This document shows positions 19,738 to 28,500 of a stretch of 35,440 nt of DNA, in pieces (position 1 is the stretch's first letter; each line of letters begins with the position of its first letter). The DNA is taken from positions 1-35,440 of the forward strand of contig JBEBGD010000056.1 of NCBI GenBank assembly GCA_040081625.1, in the 5' to 3' direction. The notes beneath the pieces are model-generated. The model was not told the DNA's origin. It made no database searches and worked only from the letters and a program-made list of their open reading frames with translations. Both the position numbers and the translations under genes were made by a program. Source of the stretch: Chthoniobacteraceae bacterium. Lineage in GTDB: Bacteria; Verrucomicrobiota; Verrucomicrobiia; Chthoniobacterales; Chthoniobacteraceae.

Positions 19738-21660
19738 ATGACCACCGCGCGAACCTCCATCCTCTGCGTGCTCTTCTTCGCAGCTTCGGCGGCGGCGAAA
19801 GAACGCCCGTGGTCGTTCAAGCCGCTCGCGCGACCAGCGGTGCCGGCGGTGAAGAACACGGCGTGGCTCAAGGATGGGCTCGATGTCTTCATCCTCGCGA
19901 AGCTCGAGGGGAAAAACGTCGCGCCGAATCCCGACGCCGACCGCGCAACGCTGCTGCGCCGCGCGAGCTACGATCTCACCGGGTTGCCGCCGACGCCGGA
20001 GGAACTCGACGCGTTTTTGCGCGACCCGGCAAATGACGACGCGGCGTTTGCGAAAGTGCTCGACCGTCTGCTCGCGTCGCCGCGCTTCGGCGAACGCTGG
20101 GCGCGGCACTGGCTCGATGTGGTGCATTACGCCGACAGCATCGGGCGCACGATGAACGCGGTCTTCCCCTACGCGTTTCGCTACCGCGATTACGTCATCG
20201 ACTCGCTGAACGCGGACAAGCCCTACAACCGCTTCGTCGGCGAGCAGGTCGCGGGCGATCTGCTGCCGTGGAAGACGCCGGCGGAGCGCTCGGAGAATCT
20301 CACCGCGACGGGCTTCCTCACCTTCGCGTCGCTCGATCTCAGCGAGACAGGCGCGCAGTTCGAGATGGATCGCGTGGACGACCAGATCGACGTGTCGACG
20401 CGCGCCTTCCTCGGCCTCACCGTCGCATGCGCGCGCTGTCATTATCATAAGACCGACCCGATCACGCAGGAGGACTACTACGCGCTCGCCGGCATCTTTT
20501 ACTCCACCGCGACGTGGCCCGGTGTCGCCGGCAAAGGCGATCTCGGACCGAACGGATACGTCGATGAAGACAAGCTCGTGCGACTGCCTGCTGCAGCGCC
20601 GGCGGCGCTCGCCCGCACACGTAGCACGGCGGCGGCGGATGCGATGATGGATGCGCCGACAAAGGGCTACCCGACCATTTTCCGCTTCCTGCCCGATCGC
20701 GTGATGGGTGTGAGCGAAGGCGAGATCGGCGACTGCGAGGTGCGCATCAAAGGCGACCCGCACGATCGCGGCGACGCGCCGCCGCGCGGCAGCATCGACA
20801 TTCCCGGCCTGCCGAAAATCGCGGCTATCCCGAAAGGCGAGAGCGGGCGCCTGCAACTCGCGCAGTGGCTCGTGTCGCCGCAGAATCCGCTGACCGCGCG
20901 CGTGATGGTGAATCGCGTGTGGCAGCATCTTTTCGGCGCGGGGCTTGTGCGGACGGTCGATGACTTCGGCATCACCGGCGAAGCGCCGACGCACCCGGAG
21001 TTGCTCGATCATCTCACGGTGCGCTTCGTCGAGGGCGGCTGGTCGGTGAAGAAACTCATCCGCGCGACGATGCTCAGCCGCACGTATCGCATGAGCAGCG
21101 CGGGGCGTTCGCCGAACCCGGACGACGATCTCTACTGGCGCATGCGCCCGCGCCGACTCGAGTTGGAGCCGATCCGCGACACGCTGCTGCTCGCGGGCGG
21201 CGCGCTAAAGTTCGAGCGGCCCGAGGGCATCCAGGTTGCGGGGTTCGGCGGCAAGGGACGCGAGGCGCGCGCGCGCAGCCTGATGCGCGAGGACGCGCCG
21301 TATCGGACGATCTTCGTGCCGGTGCTGCGCTCGCTGCTGCCGTCGATGCATGAGCTGTTCGACTTCGCCGACCCGAGCCAGATCAAGGGCCAGCGCGACG
21401 TGACGACCGTCGCGGCGCAGGCGCTCTACTTCGTGAACAACGAGTTCGTGGCCGACATGGCGCGCGGCGCGGCGGAGGCGCTGCTCGCGGAGAAGGGCGA
21501 CGAGGCGAAGCGCATCGAACTGGCCTACCTGCGCGTGCTCGCACGCAAGCCGACGCCGGAGGAGATCGCCGATGCGCGCAGCTACCTCGAGAAGCCCGGG
21601 GATTGGGCGACCTTCGTGCAGGCGCTGTTTGCGAGCGCCGAGTTTCGTTACGTCCTATGA
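19738..21660 (+). CDS. DUF1549 + DUF1553 (PSD1/PSCyt2) protein, secreted, one CxxCH
   Basis: Signal peptide, LLRRASYDLTGLPPT, GERWARHWLD, ACARCHYHK, NPLTARVMVNRVWQHLFG and PTHPELLD. Confidence 0.92.
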   Translation: MTTARTSILCVLFFAASAAAKERPWSFKPLARPAVPAVKNTAWLKDGLDVFILAKLEGKNVAPNPDADRATLLRRASYDLTGLPPTPEELDAFLRDPANDDAAFAKVLDRLLASPRFGERWARHWLDVVHYADSIGRTMNAVFPYAFRYRDYVIDSLNADKPYNRFVGEQVAGDLLPWKTPAERSENLTATGFLTFASLDLSETGAQFEMDRVDDQIDVSTRAFLGLTVACARCHYHKTDPITQEDYYALAGIFYSTATWPGVAGKGDLGPNGYVDEDKLVRLPAAAPAALARTRSTAAADAMMDAPTKGYPTIFRFLPDRVMGVSEGEIGDCEVRIKGDPHDRGDAPPRGSIDIPGLPKIAAIPKGESGRLQLAQWLVSPQNPLTARVMVNRVWQHLFGAGLVRTVDDFGITGEAPTHPELLDHLTVRFVEGGWSVKKLIRATMLSRTYRMSSAGRSPNPDDDLYWRMRPRRLELEPIRDTLLLAGGALKFERPEGIQVAGFGGKGREARARSLMREDAPYRTIFVPVLRSLLPSMHELFDFADPSQIKGQRDVTTVAAQALYFVNNEFVADMARGAAEALLAEKGDEAKRIELAYLRVLARKPTPEEIADARSYLEKPGDWATFVQALFASAEFRYVL

Positions 21661-23009
21661 AGACCTGCTGCTCCATTTCCACCCCGCGCACCCGCCGCGA
21701 TTTTCTCGCGCTCACTTCCGCCAGCTTTGGCTGGACGGCTTTTTCCGCGCTCGCCGCGGAGAAGGCGGGCGCGAATCCGCTCGCGCCGAAGCAGCCGCAT
21801 TTCACCGCGCGGGCGAAGCGGGTGATCTTCCTCTTCATGCAAGGCGGGCCGAGCCATCTCGAGACGTTCGATTGGAAGCCGGAACTCGCGCGCGTCGGCA
21901 AAGGCGGCAATCACCAACTGCTCGGCTCGGTCTTCAAGTTCGCGCCGAGCGGGCAGAGCGGGCTGATGATCTCGGAGGTTTTTCCGCAGCTCGCGAAGCA
22001 CGCGGACGAGCTGTGCGTGCTCAACGGAATGCAGACGCGCACCAATTCCCATGTGCAGGCGACGGTCGCGCTGCACACCGGGAGCGAGACGTTCGTGCGA
22101 CCGTCGTTCGGCGCGTGGATCACCTACGGGCTCGGCTCGCTCGCGGAGGATTTGCCGGGCTTCGTGACGATCGATCCCTTGCACGACCAGGGCGGCGCGA
22201 TGAATTACGGCTCCGCGTTTCTGCCCGCGACGTTTCAAGGTTCGCGGCTCAATGGGAGCGGCAACGGCGTGCCGAACATCGACGGTCTGCTCGGCAGCAG
22301 CGAGCAGCGGCGGCAGCTCGATCTCGTGCAGCGGATGAACAAGCGGCTGCTCGCGAAGGTGCCGGGCAACCCGGAGATCGAAGGTGTGATTCAGTCCTAC
22401 GAACTCGCCTACCAAATGCAGACCTCGGTGCCCGGCGTGCTCGACATCAACAGCGAGCCCGAGGCGACGCGGGAACTCTATGGACTGAACGATGGCGCGA
22501 CGCAGAGCTTTGGCCGGCAGTGCCTGCTCGCGCGGCGGCTCGCGGAGAAAGGCGTGCGTTTCATCCAGCTCACGCACATGGGATGGGATCACCACAACAA
22601 CATGCGCGAAGGTTTGCGCGGGCGCGCGGAGGCGATCGATCAGCCGATCGCGGGGCTGCTCACCGACCTCAAGCAGCGCGGGATGTTGAAGGACACGCTC
22701 GTCGTTTGGGGCGGCGAATTCGGGCGCAGCCCGCACGACGACAAGGGCGATGGAAACGGGCGCGGACATCACGGGCGCGGCTACACGATGTGGATGGCGG
22801 GCGGTGGAGTGAAGGGCGGCTACCGCCACGGCGCGACGGATGAGATGGGCGGTGAAGTGGTCGAGGGGAAGATGGACACGCAGGACTTGCACGCGACGAT
22901 CCTGCACCTGCTCGGGCTCGACCACGAAGCGCTCACGTATCGCTACGCGGGCCGCGATTTCCGGCTGACGAATGTGAGCGGCAAAGTCGCTCGGGCCATC
23001 CTTTCATGA
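21657..23009 (+). CDS. DUF1501 protein with Tat-like signal
   Basis: TRRDFL, AKRVIFLFMQGGPSHLETFD, CLLARRL, WDHH and WGGEFGRSP; ATGA overlap with the upstream gene. Confidence 0.92.
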   Translation: MKTCCSISTPRTRRDFLALTSASFGWTAFSALAAEKAGANPLAPKQPHFTARAKRVIFLFMQGGPSHLETFDWKPELARVGKGGNHQLLGSVFKFAPSGQSGLMISEVFPQLAKHADELCVLNGMQTRTNSHVQATVALHTGSETFVRPSFGAWITYGLGSLAEDLPGFVTIDPLHDQGGAMNYGSAFLPATFQGSRLNGSGNGVPNIDGLLGSSEQRRQLDLVQRMNKRLLAKVPGNPEIEGVIQSYELAYQMQTSVPGVLDINSEPEATRELYGLNDGATQSFGRQCLLARRLAEKGVRFIQLTHMGWDHHNNMREGLRGRAEAIDQPIAGLLTDLKQRGMLKDTLVVWGGEFGRSPHDDKGDGNGRGHHGRGYTMWMAGGGVKGGYRHGATDEMGGEVVEGKMDTQDLHATILHLLGLDHEALTYRYAGRDFRLTNVSGKVARAILS

Positions 23010-24394
23010 AACACGCACTCGTCTTCCTCCTCGCCACCACCATCGCAAATGCACAGACGCCGTCGCGCGACGAGGCGCTCGGCGCGATGCGCAAGGCGGC
23101 GACGTTCTTTCGCACGAAGGCGGCGGTGAATGGCGGCTACGTGTATTATTACTCGCCGGATTTCTCGAAGCGGCTCGGCGAGGGCAAGGCTTCGGCGACA
23201 CAGATCTGGGTGCAGCCGCCGGGCACGCCGGCGGTCGGGCTCGCGTATCTCAAGGCGTTCGCGGCGACCGGCGAGAGGCTCTATCTCGACGCGGCGCGCG
23301 AGGCCGCGGAGGCGCTCGTGTATGGACAGCTCGCGTCGGGCGGGTGGATGAACTCGATCGACTTCGGCCCGCCGACCAAAGGCACCGGCAAGTATCGCAA
23401 TGGCAAAGGCGGGCGGTGGGATTTCTCGTCGCTCGACGACGGCATCACGCAGACGGCGCTGCGCTTTCTCATGCACGCGGACCGCGCGCTGGAGTTTAAA
23501 CACGCGGGTATTCACGCGGCGTCGGAGAGCGGGCGCGCGGCGCTGCTCGCGGCGCAGTTCGAGCACGGCGCATTTCCGCAAGGCTGGGACGGACCCGTGG
23601 CCGCGGTGAAGGCGGTGAAGGCGAGCTTTCCCGACTACGACTGGAAGACGGAGAATCGGATCAAGGAATACTGGGACATGCCGACCTTGAATGACGACCT
23701 GTGCGGCTACGTGTCGCGGACGCTGCTCGACGGATGGGATATCTACAAGGACGATCGCTGCCGCGCGGCGCTGGTGAAGCTCGGCGACTTCCTGCTCCTC
23801 GCGCAGATGCCCGAGCCGCAGCCCGGCTGGGCGCAGCAATACGACGCGCAGATGCGGCCGATCTGGGCGCGGAAGTTTGAGCCGCCGGCGGTCGCGGGGC
23901 GAGAGTCGCAGGATGCGATCGAGACGCTGATGCTTGTGCACCGACTCACGCGCGATGCGAAGTATCTTGAGCCGATCCCGCGCGCGCTCGCGTGGTTGAA
24001 GCGTTCGCTCCTGCCGGATGGCCGGCTCGCGCGCTACTACGAATTGAAGAGCAACAAGCCGCTCTACATGACGGACGACTACCAACTCACGCACGACGAC
24101 TCGAAGGTGCCGAAGCACTACGGGTGGAAGACCGAGTCGCACATCGCGGAGATCGAGAATGCCTTCGCAGCGGCAAAGAGCGGAGCGCCGGCGCCGATCA
24201 CACAAGCATCCAAGGACATGCCGTCGGTGTCGCAGATCGTGCGCGATCTGGACGCCGAGGGTCGATGGATGAGCACCGCGGCTGGCGGCGAGATGCTCGT
24301 GGGACAGCCGAAGTTCAAGCCGGGCGAGCAGTTCATCGCGAGCGAGGTCTTCAACCGGAACCTCGAAGCGCTCAGCGATTTTGTGAAAAGGTAG
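23006..24394 (+). CDS. Pectate lyase PL10-like (Pec_lyase) alpha/alpha-barrel protein, secreted
   Basis: Signal peptide, SLDDGITQTALRFL, AQFEHGAFPQ, TLNDD and GWAQQYD..PIWARKFEPPA; ATGA overlap with DUF1501. Confidence 0.75.
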   Translation: MKHALVFLLATTIANAQTPSRDEALGAMRKAATFFRTKAAVNGGYVYYYSPDFSKRLGEGKASATQIWVQPPGTPAVGLAYLKAFAATGERLYLDAAREAAEALVYGQLASGGWMNSIDFGPPTKGTGKYRNGKGGRWDFSSLDDGITQTALRFLMHADRALEFKHAGIHAASESGRAALLAAQFEHGAFPQGWDGPVAAVKAVKASFPDYDWKTENRIKEYWDMPTLNDDLCGYVSRTLLDGWDIYKDDRCRAALVKLGDFLLLAQMPEPQPGWAQQYDAQMRPIWARKFEPPAVAGRESQDAIETLMLVHRLTRDAKYLEPIPRALAWLKRSLLPDGRLARYYELKSNKPLYMTDDYQLTHDDSKVPKHYGWKTESHIAEIENAFAAAKSGAPAPITQASKDMPSVSQIVRDLDAEGRWMSTAAGGEMLVGQPKFKPGEQFIASEVFNRNLEALSDFVKR

Positions 24395-24911
24395 CGACGA
24401 GTTCGCGGCGCGCGGCGGGCAGTTTGTGGAAGGCTCGGCCGATGGCGACGGCGGCAGAAACTTCCGGATGCGCGATGCCCTGGAGGCGGACGAGTTCTTT
24501 TTCGAAATGCTCGAGCGCGCGCAGGCTGGCGGGCTGTTCGTTGAGGTGGCGGAGGGCGCGCTGGAACAAATCGTAGAGATCACACACGGCATGTTCCGGC
24601 TCGGTGATCATCTCGATCAACTCGACAAAATACGCGGCGAGCGCGACGCGCTGGTAGTCGCCGCGCAAGCCTTCGTGCGGCTCGACTAGATCGGCTTCAC
24701 GGAGCGTGTGCAGTTCGCTCTTGCGGCTGCGGGCGATGGAGATTTCGCATTCGAAGAAGAGGTCGAGCCGTCCGGCGAACTTGCTCTTCGGCTGCCGCGC
24801 GCCCTTGGCCACGGTCTTGAGCTTGCCGTGCGCGGCGGTAAGCCACGTGATGATGAGGCTCGTGTCGGAGAGCTTCGTCTTGCGGAGGAGGATGGCGGGC
24901 GTGTTGTCCAT
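24372..24911 (-). CDS. recO: DNA repair protein RecO (short form)
   Basis: AILLRKTKLSDTSLIITWLT..HGKLKTVAKGARQPKSKFAGRLDLF is the RecO N-terminal OB fold. Confidence 0.9.
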   Translation of the reverse strand: MDNTPAILLRKTKLSDTSLIITWLTAAHGKLKTVAKGARQPKSKFAGRLDLFFECEISIARSRKSELHTLREADLVEPHEGLRGDYQRVALAAYFVELIEMITEPEHAVCDLYDLFQRALRHLNEQPASLRALEHFEKELVRLQGIAHPEVSAAVAIGRAFHKLPAARRELVATFSQNR

Positions 24912-25021
24912 GCGCGTGGCGCGGGGCACTCGTCACCCGTCGAGCGGCGCGCGTCACTCCAAAAAGGCATTGCCGGCGCGGAGCGTGTGCGTTACCCGTC
25001 GCGCCCACTTTTTCCAACACC

Positions 25022-25327
25022 ATGCCCGACGAACCCCAGCAGCAGCAAGTCACGGTCGATGCCTCCAACCTCCGCTCCAGCTACGCGAATGTGTGCCGGA
25101 TCGCGCAGACTCCGAACGAGGTCATCATCGACTTCGGCCTGAACCCGAATTTTTTCGGCCAGATCCTCGATGAGCCGCTGAAGCTCGACAACCGGGTTAT
25201 CCTCTCGCACGACGCGGCGAAGCGGCTGTGCATGCACCTGGTGGCGACGATCCAGAATTACGAGGCGCGATACGGGGCGATCGAGCTCGACGTGACCAAG
25301 CGGTTGAAGTCCCAGCCCGCGAGCTGA
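25022..25327 (+). CDS. DUF3467 domain protein
   Basis: SYANVC..QTPNEVIIDFG...RVILS..AAKRL...YEARYGAIE matches DUF3467. Confidence 0.85.
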   Translation: MPDEPQQQQVTVDASNLRSSYANVCRIAQTPNEVIIDFGLNPNFFGQILDEPLKLDNRVILSHDAAKRLCMHLVATIQNYEARYGAIELDVTKRLKSQPAS

Positions 25328-25564
25328 GGGGTTCGTGTGCGGAGCTAGCGCGCGAGAAGTGGAGAATTTTCGCGCACGCGATGCTTTACGTCGGGGACAA
25401 AAAATGGAATACGCGCGGACTGCGGTTCCGACGCGCAAGTTTTCCGGGCGAGCGCACGAAGCCGTCCGCGCTGATAAACATTTTTCACACCTTCCAGAAA
25501 ACAGGCTTTTCCTTCAAATAATATCTTGACCTCTCGATCACCTCACCGCACTTTCCAACGCCCA

Positions 25565-28500
25565 ATGAAGCCCCTCTCCTGCCCCGCCCCAGTGCATTCC
25601 GCCGAGCCGCTCGAAGGTCGAATCTCCCCAGCTGTCATGCACATCGGTGCAGTCGGCACGCTGGAAAACTCGACGGACTCCGAATACCACGAGGAGATCA
25701 CGGTCGGCAGCCGACCCGACGCGTTCGATGATCTGAACTTCGTTGACACGGCGACATCGCTCGACGCGATCTCGCTCGCCGTGAACCCCGGCCAGGTGGC
25801 CAAGGCGTTCTACGTGCGGCTCAACGCGGGCGACTCGATCCAGCGGCTCACCGTCGTGAACAACTACCAGGATTTGATCGTCGTGAAGTCCGGCAGCGCG
25901 ATCGCCTACTTCACCGACATCAATGGCGATAACGAATACGAGGAGGGTGAATTCACCGGCGTGTCGCTCAGCGCCAATGCGCTCGTGGACATCAATGGCA
26001 CCGTCTATGGCGACATCGTCACGAATCTCGATACGAAAGGCACGAAGATCGTCTCGGACGATACGGTGGACATGGCGGGACTGGTGGGCTCGAAGCAGGG
26101 CATCCGCTCGCTCTTCATCGGCGGTGGCACCGTGCAGGGGAGCATCCTCAGCGGCGGCGACATCAACGGGCTCACGGTGATCAACAGCGTCGAAAACGTT
26201 TACGCCGGAGCCGCAGCGCACGGAAAGGCGTTCAGCTTCTTCAGCGGAGTCAATGCGGGCAATGGAATGGTGATTTTCCAACCCGACGCCGGCGTCAAGG
26301 GAGCGAGCATCACGAACGTCCAGATCGGCGCGCTCAATTCGACGGTCGGAAATGTCGCCGTCCCCGGCGAACTCATCGCGGGCGCAGGCGGCGCGGGCGC
26401 CAATGGCGGTTCGTTGACGAACATTCGGATCACCGGCGACTCGGATGGCTTCCGACTCGTCGCGGGAGATGGCGGGGACGCCGACCCGGCGAGTGGAAAA
26501 TTCAATGGCGGCGCCGGCGGAAAACTCAGCACCATTTATGTCGCCGGAGTCGCCGACTCGACGACGCCCAATAGCGAAGTGCTCATCAAGGCGGGCGCGG
26601 GCGGAGACGGCGCCACCACCGGCCGGGGCGGCGCCGGCGGCACCGCAAGCAAGGTGCAGGTTGGGTTTGAAATCAACGGCGGACGCCTCGTCCCGTCGGA
26701 TACGCTGCTCGATGACAACGTCCGCATCGAAGCGGGAGCGGGCGGCTCCGGCCAGTTCGGGGGCGCCGGCGGCAAGGCTTCGGCGATCAAGGTGCGGTTG
26801 AACACGCGGGATCAAATCGGCGGCGACGTCGAGATCGCGGTGCTGGGCGGCATCGGCGGCGACGCGGTCTCCGCGGTCGGTCGCGCAGGTGTGGGCGGCT
26901 CGGTGGATAACGCCGAGGTGCTCAACCAGATCAACGTCAACGACACGGACATTCTCATCCAGGCCGGCAAGGCTGGAACCGTCAATGCCGCAGGCGGCAA
27001 CGCCCTTGGGGCGGCAGGCGGTTCGGTTTCCAACGTGAAGCTGCTCGGGTCCGAGTTTCAGGTCATCGCGGGAGATGGTTCCGATGGAAAGACCGGCGGC
27101 AATGGCGGCTCGGTCAAGCGGGTCATGGTGCTCGACGATAACGACATCATCGCGCAGAGCATCCTCATCTACGCGGGCCATGGGGGCGACGCGACCGGCG
27201 GCAGCGCCGGCTCTGGCGGCGTCATCGACAATTTCCAAGTGGTCCGCGCGGACCTCGCTGCGATGCTGGTGAACCCCGGCAACGGCGGCAACGGCGGCAA
27301 TAGTATCGGCGGCAAGGCCGGGCGCGGCGGCGGCATCACGACCTTGATCGTGAAGGACATCGATTTCGGGCTCAACCGCTCCGGTTTCTTTACCGCGCGC
27401 GCCGGACTCGGCGGCGACGGCGAGAAGGCTGGCGGCGCCGGCGGCGTGATCAAGAATTTCGACCTCGCGGCAGTGGACCTGAGCGCATTTGTGAATGCGG
27501 GTGCGGGCGGCGATGCACTCGTCGCCGGACGCGGCGGCGCGGGCGGAGGCCTCCAGGGGGCGCAGATCGTTACGAGCGGCAGCGTGGGCGGCGCCAACGT
27601 CTCCGGCTCGCTGAGCGCAGGCGCGGGCGGCGACGCGAGTGGAGTCGGGAAGGCCGGCGGAAAAGGCGGCGACGTGAGCAGCTCGAAGCTGGTGATCGAT
27701 GGCGACCCGACCTTTCCGCTTGTCGGCGACGGCATGATCGTCGCGGGCGCGGGCGGCGGCGGCTCGGTGGGCACAGGCGCCGCGGGATCGGGCGGATCGA
27801 TTTCGCGCTCGGGGATTTTTGTCGCCGAGGGCAGCGCGAGCCTCATCGCCGGCGACGCGGGATCGACCGGCGGCAGGCCCGGCACCGGCGGCAGCATCAC
27901 CGGCACGGCTGGTGCGCTGATCGGCCTGCGCGGCAATGTGAACCTGACGGCGCAGGCCGGCGACGGGTCCTTCGGCGGCGCGGGTGGCAGCATCACCAAT
28001 CTCAACTACGGCAACGCAAACGTCTTCGACGTGGACAGCGACGGCGACCCGGTGACACCGACGCCGGCGGGGACCATCAATATCATCGCCGGCAACGGTT
28101 CGCAGGGGCCCTCGAAAGCGGGTCGGGGCGGCTCGATTTCCAACGTCAACGGCTCGGCCAGCTCGGGCCTCAACCAGAGCGTCCTCTTCCTCGCCGGCGA
28201 CGGCGGCGGCGACGTGCGCACGGGTGCGGCGCCGGCTTTCGTCTATACCGGCTCGGGCAAGGCGGCGACGGGCGGCTCGATCTCGAATCTCACGCTCAGC
28301 CGCGGCGGCGCGCTCGGCGGGTTGATCACCTTTGAAGCCGGCGACGGCGGCCACTCCGGTGCGGCATCCAACGGCGCGGCTGGCGGACACATCGATGGCG
28401 TCGGCGTGACGGACATCGCCCTCGAGGCCACGTTGCGCAGCTTTGCGGCTGGCGACGGTGGCGATGCCGTGCGGCGCGGCGGCATCGGCGGCTCGGTGCT

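Noticed and set aside
22943..24592. 549-aa minus-strand ORF
   Set aside because: Shadow of the PL10-like gene; Arg-rich with no motifs.
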